Shown: positions 27,564 to 38,562, numbered from the stretch's first letter. The stretch: 64,000 nt of DNA from Mobula hypostoma (GCF_963921235.1 NC_086097.1:169634001-169698000); one strand, 5' to 3'. Notes: a model not told the origin generated them from the letters alone. Translations and numbers: made by a program.

Positions 27564-27601
27564 CAGTCGACGTTTCAGGCCGAGACCCTTCGTCAGGACT
27601 A
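27564..27601 (-). ncRNA. Minimal hammerhead ribozyme motif, intact core
   Basis: Reverse complement: TAGTC-CTGACGA-A-GGGTCTCGGCCT-GAAA-CG-TC-GACTG. Confidence 0.8.
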
Positions 27602-28568
27602 ACTGAAGGAAGAGTGAGTAAGGGATTTGAAAGCTGGAGGGGGAGGGGGAGATGCAAAATGATAGGAGAAGACAGGAGGGGGAGGGATAGAGCCGAGAGC
27701 TGGACAGGTGATAGGCAAAAGGGGATACGAGAGGATCATGGGACAGGAGGCCTAGGGAGAAAGACGGGGGGGGGGAGTGACCCAGAGGATGGGCAAGAGG
27801 TATATTCAGAGGGACAGAGGGAGAAAAAGGAGAGTGAGAGAAAGAATGTGTGCATAAAAATGAGTAACAGCTGGGGTACGAGGGGGAGGTGGGGCCTAGC
27901 GGAAGTTAGAGAAGTCAATGTTCGTGCCATCAGGTTGGAGGCTACCCAGACGGAATATAAGGTGTTGTTCCTCCAACCTGAGTGTGGCTTCATCTTTACA
28001 GTAGAGGAGGCCGTGGATAGACATGTCAGAATGGGAATGGGATGTGGAATTAAAATGTGTGGCCACTGGGAGATCACTTAGAGAAAGCAGGATCTCCCAG
28101 TGGCCACACATTTTAATTCTACATCCCATTCCCATTCTGACATGTCTATCCACGGCCTCCTCTACTGTAAAGATGAAGCCACACTCAGGTTGGAGGAACA
28201 ACACCTTATATTCCGTCTGGGTAGCCTCCAACCTGATGGCACGAACATTGACTTCTCTAACTTCCGCTAGGCCCCACCTCCCCCTCGTACCCCAGCTGTT
28301 ACTCATTTTTATGCACACATTCTTTCTCTCACTCTCCTTTTTCTCCCTCTGTCCCTCTGAATATACCTCTTGCCCATCCTCTGGGTCACTCCCCCCCCCC
28401 CCCCGTCTTTCTCCCTAGGCCTCCTGTCCCATGATCCTCTCGTATCCCCTTTTGCCTATCACCTGTCCAGCTCTCGGCTCTATCCCTCCCCCTCCTGTCT
28501 TCTCCTATCATTTTGCATCTCCCCCTCCCCCTCCAGCTTTCAAATCCCTTACTCACTCTTCCTTCAGT

Positions 28569-28606
28569 TAGTCCTGACGAAGGGTCTCGGCCTGAAACGT
28601 CGACTG
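28569..28606 (+). ncRNA. Minimal hammerhead ribozyme motif, intact core, GUC cleavage triplet
   Basis: TAGTC-CTGACGA-A-GGGTCTCGGCCT-GAAA-CG-TC-GACTG; helix I TAGTC/GACTG; helix II GGGT/GCCT; helix III reduced to palindromic ACGT. Confidence 0.8.
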
Positions 28607-28747
28607 CGCCTCTTCCTATAGATGCTGCTTGGCCTGCTGCGTTCACCAGCAACTTTGATGTATGTTGCTAAAGAAATGGCAAGGTTGCCACCTGATGCAC
28701 CAGAAGGTGCATTTGTAGCATTTTGCTTCCAAGTCAATATTATAATA

Positions 28748-29523
28748 CAATGGATTCTGGTGAATTGAGCCATCGGTTAATCTGGGCAGCCACTTATTTG
28801 TGACAACTCCTATAAAAACAAAAACTAAATGCCCAGGATTCCCTTTGTTTAATTGGCCCTTAACTGGGGCAGGAGGCTATTGCCAAACGGTTTCTAACTA
28901 GCATCAGTTAGACACCACACCATGCTTAGAGCAAACCGTTTTTAAATAGCATCAGTTGTATGTATATGTGTTTGTGTTCAAAAAGCAGTGATTTTTGTCA
29001 CTGATGGTTGGTGAGAAACAAGCAATAAGACAATTCATTGTGGTTTCAAGCATTCAGGCTTGGAGATGCCAGAAATGACCAGGAGTGAAAATGAAACTAT
29101 TTCACTTCCTCAACAAGTTAGGACCTACAAAGAAATTGAAAGTATTGACACTCATTGAATGTTATAATGAAATGAATGTTTGGAGGATGCAAATGCCAAA
29201 AGTATTATATGAAGACAATTCATTATCTGCACTAGGTGTATGCACTGATTTTGTTCATTTATAGTCAGCTAAAAGAACACAGCCATGTACTCTGGATGAA
29301 TTTCTTTGTTGGTAAATATTAGGAATTAATACACAGTTTTATAGTACTGTCGTGATATTGGTAGTGTTCTAAATTGTTCTGTAATTCATTTGAATACATA
29401 ACTTGTTACTTAGTTAACTGTAGTTTGTCTTTTTTATATCTTTATAACTATTTCAATGAAACTTTGGCTAACTGGGGCAAAATGTATTGGTCCCATTGTG
29501 CCCCAGTTAACTGGAATCCTCTG
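28748..29523. mobile_element. Non-autonomous TA-target DNA transposon (Tc1/mariner-pogo/Tigger-like), old
   Basis: TA|CAATGGATTCTGGTGAATTGAGCCA ... TGCCCCAGTTAACTGGAATCCTCTG|TA: imperfect ~25-bp TIRs. Confidence 0.68.
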
Positions 29524-29820
29524 TATGGGATTGGAATAAATTTTTATAAATTGATTTTTGTTTCTACGCTGTTAGTTTCTGAAGCTCATTTAATGGGATG
29601 TAGGAAGTCTTAAAGTTTAAGTATTTGTTTTCCTGGAAGTTAGAACTTTCTAAATTTATATCTTAAAATAAATTGAAACTTTTATGTAATTGTCCTGAAG
29701 AAACTTTTATAGTTTGAGAGTTTTCTTTTATTCTTGACTTAAGTTTTCATTTTGGAAGTTTAAAGGTGGTAAACCACATATTTGATTTATCTGTGTTTCT
29801 TGTTCTTTTTGTACCACTAG

Positions 29821-30030
29821 ACTGGAGAAACCAGAGAAATCTACCACTTCCATTACACCACTTGGCCTGACTTTGGAGTACCTGAATCCCCTGCTTCATT
29901 CCTTAATTTTTTGTTCAAAGTGAGGGAGTCTGGCTGCTTGAACTCAGATTGTGGACCTACTGTTGTTCACTGCAGTGCAGGCATTGGAAGATCTGGTACT
30001 TTCTCTTTGGTTGATACATGCCTTGTTTTG
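29821..30030 (+). CDS. PTPN2: PTPN2 catalytic exon (exon 6 equivalent), 210 bp, with WPD loop and [11 protein letters not shown]-loop
   Basis: CTAG acceptor; GTGAGT donor at 30031; translates [80 protein letters not shown] is the PTPN2-type sequence (PTPN1 has FCLADTCLLL). Confidence 0.97.
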
Positions 30031-30550
30031 GTGAGTGGTCATAAAGTTAATTAATTACTGAAAGTAGCACCTGGTTGCCTCACTCTGAAATATGATTTTA
30101 TATCCTATTATTTTTGCATGTCATGTAAAATTAAGATTGATTAATATTCAGGCCAATTCAACAAATAGTTGAATCATAATAAAAGATTTGGGTGTGGGGG
30201 GCAAGTTTGTTCATTTTGACTTTATAGTCTGATAAGTAGTTGATTTCACTGGCAATTCATCTGCTATCATGACCTTTTTAATGCAAATCACTTATTGTAC
30301 CAACATCAGTGTTAATCACATGATCGTTCCTTGTAATGCTCCTTCGCTGTGTAGACGGGTTGCTTTTCCATTCACCGTCCCTTTCCATGCAGAACCCAAG
30401 TAATGCTGGAAATTTGAATGTGGTTTGCCAAGAAAAGCAACTCTATACGCTATACTTTGTAGGTGTCTGTAATGATTATGGTCACTGTGCAGATAAACAC
30501 ATGTAGATTTTTTTTAAACCTGTCAGCTGAGGAGGATATATTTCTTGCAG

Positions 30551-30712
30551 ATGGAAAAATGCAAAGATCCATCTTCTGTGGACATCAGAGAAGTACTATT
30601 AGAAATGAGAAAATACCGGATGGGACTCATACAAACTCCAGATCAGTTGAGATTTTCATACATGGCAGTTATAGAGGGAGCGAAATATATCATGGGAGAC
30701 TCATCAGTGCAG
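30551..30712 (+). CDS. PTPN2: PTPN2 coding exon (exon 7 equivalent), 162 bp, with Q-loop
   Basis: TTGCAG acceptor; GTAAAA donor at 30713; [54 protein letters not shown]. Confidence 0.96.
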
Positions 30713-31297
30713 GTAAAAGCTGTTTATTCTCCTCCATGATATTTCTGTCTAATTGATAGACCATTTATCATAAAGTTGGACAGTACAGAAACACACCCTA
30801 TCCTATGTCACCTGTCACCAAGCCGGTTTTGGATGCAATTACACAGCTTGCCATGGATCTCATGTTCCTTAATCTTCTGGATCAGCCAAACTGCAGGGTC
30901 TTGTTAAATGCCTTTACTAAATCATTATCAATGATATCTGCTCTGTCTTTTGCAATATTAGGTAGCTCTTCAAAAGAACTTGATCAAATTAGTGAAGGAG
31001 GATTTCCCCTGCACAAAGCTATGCTAACAATCCATTATCAACTTCCACTTTTCCAAGAGTACATTAATCTATCCCATAAGATTTTCTTCAATGCTTTTCC
31101 TACAACTGAGAGAAGTTTCACTAGCCTGTAGTTGTCTGGCTTATTCCTGCTGCCCTTTAATAAAGGAACAACTTTTGCTATCATCTGGTCTTCTGACAGC
31201 TCATCTGTAGCTAAGGAAAGTGCAAAAAATACCTGTCATAGCTCCAGCAATCCCCCTCTTCCCCCCCCCCGCCCTGCTTTCCATAGCAGCCCGAGTT

Positions 31298-32905
31298 AGA
31301 CCACAAGACGTAGGAGCTGAATTAGTGTATTCAGCCCATTAAGTCTGTTCTGCCATTTGATCATGGCTGATCCATTTTCCCCTCAACCCTAATCTTCTGC
31401 CTTCTCCCCGTATCCTTTAATGCCTGACCAATCAAGAGCATCAACTTCTGCAATAAATACACCCAATGACCTGTCCTCCACAGCCACCTCTGGCAATGAA
31501 TACCACAGAATCACTACCCCTGGCTAAAGAAATTCCTCCTAATCTCTGTTCTAAATGAATGTTCCCCTATTTTGTGATTGTACCTCTGATCCTAGGCTCC
31601 CCTCTATTGGAAATAATCCTCTACATATCCACTCTATATAGGCCTTTCAACATTCAATAGGTTTAAATGAGATTTCCGCCTCTCCCCGCCCCATCATTAT
31701 TCTTAATTCCATTGAGTACTGGTCCTGAGTCATCAAAATTTCCTCATATGATAAGCCTTTCATTCTTGGAATTATTTTCATGAACCTCCTTTGAACCCTC
31801 TCCAACGTCAGCATATCCTTTCTTAGTTAAGGGGCCCAGAACTGCTCACAGTACTCACTAGTGCTTTGTAAAGCCTCAGTGTTACATCCTTGCTTTTATA
31901 TTTTAGTTCTCTTGAAGTGAATGCTAACATTGCAGTTCTGTACCTCACCACTAACTTAACCTGCAGGTTAACCTTTAGGGAATCCTGCAAAAGGACTCCC
32001 AAGTCCCTTTGCTCCACAGATTTTGAATTTTCTCCCCGTTTAGAAAATAGTCTATGCTTTTATTCTTTCTACAAAAGTACATGACCTTGCATTTCCTGAC
32101 ATTGAGTTCCATCTGCCACTTCTTTGCCCATTCTCCTAATCAGTCGAAGATCTCCTGCAGCCTCCCTCCTTCCTCAACACTACCTGCCCCTCCACCTATC
32201 TTTCTATCATTCACAAACTTGGCCACAGAGCCATCAATGCCATCATCCAGATCATTGACATACAATACAAGAAGAAGTGGTCTCAACCGAGATGGCTGCA
32301 GAACACTACTGGTCACTGGCAGCCAATCAAAACGACTCCCTCTTTCCCACTCTGCCTCCTGCAAATCAGCCAGTGCTCTATCCATGCTGGTATCTTTCTT
32401 GTAATACCATGGGCTCTTATGCTAAGCAGCCTCATCTGCAGCACCTTGTCAAAGGCCTTCTGAAAATCTAAGTACACAAAATCCACCAATTCTCCTTTGT
32501 CCATCCTGCTTATTATTTCCTTAAACAATTCCAACAGATTTGTCAGACAAGATTTTCACTTAAGGAAGCCATGCCAACTTCAGCCTGTTTTACCATGTGC
32601 CTCCAAGTACCCTGAAACTCTGTCTTGCACAGTGAAGACTGACGCAAAATACTTATTATACCATTTCTTTATCGTCCTTTTCTACCTCTCCAGCATCATT
32701 TTCCAGTGGTCCAATTTCTACTCGTAGCTCTCTTTTACTCTTTGTTTACCGGAAAAAAACTTTTTGTATCCTCTTTTGATATTATTAGTTAGCGTACCTT
32801 CATATCTCATCTTTTCACTTCTGTTTTTTTAGTTGATGTCTAGGTTTTTAAAAGCTTCCCACCATTTTTTTTGCTCTATTATATGCCCTCCTTTTTGCTT
32901 TTATA
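31298..32905 (-). mobile_element. CR1 LINE, decayed, with internal deletions
   Basis: VYLDFQKAFDKV, VAKFVND, DLGVLLQDSLKV, LYKALV on the minus strand; 3' UTR at ~31300. Confidence 0.85.
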
Positions 32906-33457
32906 TTGGCTGCAGAATCAAAAAGGGTAACAGATACATTACTCAAAGTGTTATGTCTCAATTCACGTAGTATAAGAAATAAGTGGATAATTGTGTTGCA
33001 CTATTACAGATTGTCAGGTATGATGTTGTGGCCATCACTGAATCGTGGTTGAAGGATGGTTGTAGTTGGGAGCTGAATGTCCAAGTTTACACGTTGTATT
33101 GGAGGGACAGGAAAGTAGGCAGAGGGAGTGGCATGGCTCTGCTGTTAAAGAACAGCATCAAATCGGCGGAAAGGTGTGACATAGGATCAGAAGATGATGA
33201 ATCCTTGTTAGGAATTGAAAGGGTAAAAGGACCCTGATGTGGACCACAGATTACAACAGGAAATAGAAGAGGTGTGTCAAAAGGGGCAATGCTATGAAAG
33301 TCGTGGGAGATTTTAACATGGAAGTCAATTGAGAAAATCTGGTTGGAAATGGATCTCAAGAGAGTGAGTTTGTTGAATGCCTACGAGATGGTTTTTTTAG
33401 AACAGTTTATCGTTGAGCCTACCAGGGGATCAGCTATACTGGGTTGGGTGTTATGTA

Positions 33458-33999
33458 CAGACATCCCACCTCTCCCGGAAGGCCCGGGAGTCTCCCGCAA
33501 ATTAATAGTGGCTCCCTGATGCCCGCAAATTATATGCAATGTCCCAGAAATTGATTTTTTTTGAGAGCACATGAGAGAGCGAGTGCAAGAGCGAGAAAGC
33601 GAGCGTGAGTGAGAGCGAGCGAGAGCACGCGCGATAGAGCAAGAGCGAGAGAGTTCCAAAAAAAGTCAGAGTGGCAATGTTCCAAAAAAAGAAAATATAA
33701 AACGTACGTCACCCCAGACGTGTACCCCTGCCTAATAGGGGTCAAAATAATGACAGTGTTGCTGGCTGCACTGTTTGCAACAGTGACTTTTCTATTGCCC
33801 ATGGTGGGTTAAAATGTAAAAGACATGTTGAGGTGAGTTTAACAGGTGTCATTCATTCATTAGCATAGCTAACGTTATTTAAATAGCTGGCTGGCGGCTA
33901 AGGAGCTACTCTATTGCAAACATCCAGAACTCCCGGAAGTCTCCCGCAAATTGATGGTGCTACCTCCTTGAAATGAGTTTTTGCAGGGTGGGATGTCTG
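33458..33999 (+). mobile_element. Internally deleted hAT-like DNA transposon with a 7-bp TSD, inside the CR1 endonuclease region
   Basis: TIR CAGACATCCCACC/GGTGGGATGTCTG; TSD TTATGTA at 33451-33457 and 34000-34006; subterminal repeat AGTCTCCCGCAAATT; zinc-finger remnant CTVCNSDFSIAHGG..CKRH. Confidence 0.82.
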
Positions 34000-35004
34000 T
34001 TATGTAATGAACCGCAGATGATTAGGGAGCTAAAGGTAAAGGAACCCTTAGAGGGCAGTGATCAAACAAAATAATACTGAGTTCAACTTGAAATTTGATA
34101 AGGAGAAAGTAAAGTCTGTTGTAGCAGTATTTCAGTGGAGTAAAGGAAATTACAGTCGTATGAGAGGAGTTGGCCAAATTAAATTGGAAGGAGATGCCGG
34201 CAGGGAGGACAGCAAAGCAACAATGATGTGAATCTCTGTGAAAAATAAGGAAGGTGCAAGATAGATGTATCCCAAAAACAAAGAAATAGTCAAATGGAAC
34301 GACAGTACAACTGTGGCTGACAAGGGAAGTCAAAGCTAATGTAAAAGCAAAAGAGAAGGGCATAAAACAAAAACAAAATTAGCAGGAAGATAGAGGATTG
34401 TGAAGCTTTTAAAAACATACAGAGAGCAACTAAAAGAATCATTAGGAGGGAAAAGATGAAATATAAAAGCAAGCTCGCAAACAATGTTAAAGTGGATAGC
34501 AGAAGCTTTCAAGTATGTTTAAAAAAAAGAGATGAGAGTGGATTATAGGCCCTCTAGAAAATGAGGCCAGAGAAGTAGTAATGGGGGACCAGGAGATGGC
34601 TAATGAACTAATTGAGTATTTTACATCAGTCTTCACTGTGGAAGACACTAGCAGTGTGCCAGATGTTGAAGGGTGTGAGGGAAGAGAAGTGACTATTACA
34701 AGGGACGAAGTGCTCGAAAAGCTGAAAGACCTAAGGATATATAAGTCACCTAGACCAGATGAACTGCACCCTAGGGCTCTGAAAAAGGTAGTATTAGAGA
34801 TTGCATTAGTAATGATCTTTCAAAACTCATTGAACTCTGGCATGGTGCCAGAGGACTAGAAAATCGAAAATGTCAATCCACTCTAAGAAAGGAGGAAGGC
34901 AGCAGAAAGGAAATTATAGACCAGTTAGCCTGAACTCAGTGGTTGGGAAGATGTTGGAGTCAATTGTTAAGGATGAGGTTATGGAGTACTTGGTGACACA
35001 GGAT

Positions 35005-35254
35005 ACAACACTTGGCGGCACGGGAGGTCGTTCCTGCCTGTGGCCATCGAACGTGCAGCTCCTCCTGTGGAGGGTCGGACACCCTGAGCAGATGGACTGG
35101 TCCTGGACTTATTTTCCATCTGGCATAGTTTTGCATTTTGTTGTTTGACTGTTGGGGTTTTTTGTATTGCTATACTTACACTCTATTCTTGGTTGGTGCG
35201 GCTGTAACGAAACCAAATTTCCCTCGGGATTAATAAAGTATATCTATCTATCTA
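35005..35254 (+). mobile_element. Short Rex1/Babar 3' end inserted in CR1
   Basis: Similar to the 3' end of the 16939-17654 family (ttcctgcctgtgg..., ggagggtc.gacaccctg); AATAAAG followed by a (TATC)n tail. Confidence 0.72.
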
Positions 35255-36539
35255 GGACAAGGTCAGCATGGTTTCCTTAAGGGAAAATCTTGCCTGACAA
35301 GCCTGTTGGAATTCTTTGAGGAGATTACAAGTAGGAGGGATAAAGGGGATGCAGTGGATGTTGTTTATTTGGACTTTCAGAAGGCCTTTGATGAGGTGCT
35401 GCACATGAGGCTGCTTACCAAGTTAAGAACCCATGGTGTTACAGGAAAGTTACTGGCATGGTTAACACATTGGCTAATTGGTAGGAGGCAGCAAGTGGGA
35501 ATAGGAAGGATCCTTTTCTGGTTGGCTGTCAGTGACTGGTGGTGTTCCGCAGGGTTCGGTGTTGGGACTGCGTTTTATGCTGTATATCAGTGACTTTGAT
35601 AACGAAATACATGCCTTTGTTGCCAAGTTTCCCGATGATACGAAGATTGGTGAAGGGGCAGGTAGTGTTGTGGAAACAGGGAGGCGGCAGCAGGAGTTAG
35701 ACAGATGAGAATGGGCAAGAGTGCAAATGAAATACAATATTGGAAAATGTGTGGTCATGCACTTTGATTGTAGAAATAAATGTGCAGACTATTTTCTAAG
35801 TGGGGAGAAAATCTGTAAGTCAGAGGTGCAAAGGAACTTGGGGGTCCTTGTGCAGAACATCCTAAAAGTTAACTTGGTGGTAGAGTCAGTGGTGTGGAAG
35901 GCAAATGTAATGTTCGCATTCATTTCAAGTGGTTTAGAGTACAAGAGCAGAGATGTGTTGCTGAGGCTTTATAAGACACTGTTGAGGCCTCACCTTGAGC
36001 ATTGTGCACAGTTTTGGGCTCCTCATCTAAAAAAGATTTTCTGGCATTGGAGAAGGTTCAGAGGAGTTTCACAAGGATGATTCTGGGAAAGAAAGGGTTA
36101 TACGAGGAACATTTGATAGCTCTGGGTTTATACTTGCTGGAACTTAGGAGGATGAGGGGAGATCTCATTGAAACTTTTCAAATGTTGAAAGGCCTAGATA
36201 GAGTAGATGTGGAAAGGATGTTTCCCATGTTGGGGGAGACTAGAACAAGAGGACACTGCCTCAGGATAGAGCGGTGTCCATTTAAAACAGAAATATAGAG
36301 AAATTTCTTTAAGCAGAGGGTGGTGAATTTCTGGAATTTGTTGCCACAGGCAGCTGTGGAGGCCGGGGTATTGGATATATTTAAAGTAAAGATTGATAGG
36401 TTCTTGATTGGACATAACATCAAAGGTTACAGGGAGAAGACCAGGGGAATGGGGCTGATGAGGGTAAAAAGAATGAGCCACAACTGAATAAAGGAGCAGA
36501 CTTGATTGGCCAAATGCTCCCATGTCTTATGGTCTTTTT

Positions 36540-37160
36540 TGAAGTAGTGTTCTTGGGTTCATGTCCATTCAGAAATCTGATGGCAGAGGGGAGGAAGCTA
36601 TTCCTGAAACGTGTGTGTCTTCAGATTCCTGTCACCTTGTTCCTGGGTGATGGGGTTACTTAATGATGGATGCAGCCTTTTGAAGGTTACAACTTCCTGC
36701 ACCTTCTTCCAATCCTGTACAGTGGCCCCTCTGTACCAAATCGTGATTCAAGTTCTCCATGATACATCTGTAGAAATTTGCACGAGATTTTGACACCCAG
36801 GAACTTGAAGCTGCTCACCCTTTCCATTGCTGATCCCTCGATGAGTACTGGTGTGTGTTCCCTTGACTTCCCCCTTCCTGAGGTCCACAATCAATTCCTT
36901 GCTCCTACTGATGTTGAATGCAAGGTTGTTGTTTTGACAACAGTCAACCAGCTGATCTGTCTCACTCCTGTACACCTCTTCATAACCATCTGAAACTCTG
37001 ACAATAGTACTTCAGCTAATTCATAATGGCATTTGAACTGTGCTTAGCCACACAGAAATGGGGTTACAGGGAGTGGAACAGAGGGCTAAGCACACATCCT
37101 TGAGGTGTGCCAGTGTTGATTGTCAGTGAGGAGGAGATGTTATTTCTAATTTGCTCTGGC
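36540..37160 (-). mobile_element. Rex1/Babar-type LINE fragment
   Basis: KELIVDLRK and [14 protein letters not shown] on the minus strand. Confidence 0.78.
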
Positions 37161-37249
37161 AGGGTTTGCAGGCTTTTACTTCTTACAAGGTAAATTCTTA
37201 ACATCAAAAGGTGGTCTGTGGTGCTTCACTCTCAGATAGCTCAACGTCT

Positions 37250-38050
37250 TTTATCAGAATTCCAGATGGTGAGGAGGAGGTGTACAGAAGTGAGATCAAT
37301 CATCTGGTTGAGTGCTGTCACAACAGTAACCTTCCACTCATCGTAAGGTCAAGGAATTGATTGTAGATTCAGAAAGGGGAAGTCAAAGGAACACACACCA
37401 GTCCTCATTGAGGGATCAGCAGTAGGAAGAGTGAACAATTTTAAGTTCCTGGGTGTCAGGATCTTTGAAGATCTATCTTGGCCCAACATATTGGTGCAAT
37501 TACAAAGAAAGTATGACAGTGGCTATATTTCATTCAGAGTCTGAGGATATTTAGTATGTCACCAAAGACTTTCGCCAATTTCTACAGATATACTGTGGAG
37601 AACATTGTAGCTGGTTGCATCGCCGCCTGGTATGGAGGGGCCATTGTTCAGGATTGAGAAAGTTGCAAACTCAGCTGAGTTCCGTCATGGGCACTAGCCT
37701 CACTAGTACCAAGGATATCTTCAAAAGGAGATGCATTCAAAAGGTGGCATGCCTCATCAAGAATCCCTATCACCCAGGACGTGCCCTCTTCTCATTGCTA
37801 CCATCAGGGAGAAGGTATAGGAGCCTGAAGACACACACTCAACATTTAAGAAACAGCTCTTCCCCAACCCCCACCATCAAATTTCTGAATGGACAATGAA
37901 CCCGTGTATACTACCTACTTTCTGTGCTTTTTTGCACTAATTTAAATTATGTATAAAAATGTATGCATTTCTTAATGTAATTCAGTTTTGTTTTGCAATG
38001 TATTCCACTGTACTGTTGCCAGTAATATTAAACCTCATTCTAATTCTGAA
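37250..38050 (+). mobile_element. Rex1/Babar-type LINE 3' fragment
   Basis: HPGRALFSLLPSGRRYRSLK; tail ATTAAACCTCATTCTAATTCTGA. Confidence 0.8.
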
Positions 38051-38205
38051 ATACTTGCTGTTGTCTAACTGGGTGAGGGATTGTCAAAACCTTTGTAAGA
38101 TGAAAAGGTTTTTTTAAGATTTGCTTCTTTACTTTGAGGCTTAGCAAGTTGTTTTTGTGCTCATCTTATTGAACAAACAATGATTTTTTTTTTGCCTGTT
38201 AACAG

Positions 38206-38414
38206 AAAAGATGGAAAGAGCTTTCCAATGAAGACCAGGAGCCGATACCAGGCAATGCTTCTCCACCACCCCAGCCTCCAAAACGAGCCCTTCCACGGCA
38301 TAATGAGAATAAGGCGCCTCATTTGTCAGTAGGCGAAGCAACTGATGCAGCAAACAACATTTCCACGGAAGAAAATTCTGTACAAGAGAAAGAGATCAAA
38401 GCAAAGTATGTGAA
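38206..38414 (+). CDS. PTPN2: PTPN2 coding exon (exon 8 equivalent); ends at 38405 or 38414 (two in-frame donors)
   Basis: Poly-T tract and AACAG acceptor; KRWKELSNEDQEPIPGNASPPPQPPKR...; donors GTATGT (38406) and GTGAGT (38415) are both phase 2 and compatible with the next exon. Confidence 0.88.
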
Positions 38415-38562
38415 GTGAGTCTGTTTTTTTAAAAAAATTAAATGTCACCCTGTTCTTTCTCTACCTGTTTTGTATCTCAGGCTCTGAACTTCTGAACTCC
38501 TTTATGGCTTGAGAGGTTTTGTGTGTGGTTCTTGCACTGGCCCTTGTTTCAATTAACTGTTT

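Larger units (their letters stand above)
27467..28665. mobile_element. Palindromic (5'-to-5' inverted) Neptune-like PLE insertion with a 14-bp TSD
   Basis: Arms 27501-28075 and 28091-28669 are near-perfect reverse complements with a 15-nt spacer; TGCTAAAGAAATGG at 27453-27466 and 28666-28679. Confidence 0.93.
27325..28710 (+). mobile_element. tRNA-derived SINE (27325-27466 plus 28680-~28710) split by the palindromic PLE
   Basis: A-box-like TGGTGTAGTGG and B-box-like GGATTTGAATCC at the 5' end; sequence appears to continue after the second TSD copy. Confidence 0.6.
32910..36535 (+). mobile_element. CR1 LINE ORF2 (APE endonuclease and RT), decayed, carrying two nested insertions
   Basis: YDVVAITESWL, KSPRPDELHPRALK, NYRPVSL, VYLDFQKAFD, TRGHCLRI and the 3' UTR occur in collinear order. 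Confidence 0.9.

Noticed and set aside
27452..28081. 209-aa + strand ORF and similar ORFs at 51353-51700 and 28386-28652
   Set aside because: Antisense or alternative frames of the PLE tail, produced by the palindrome and low-complexity purine-rich sequence.
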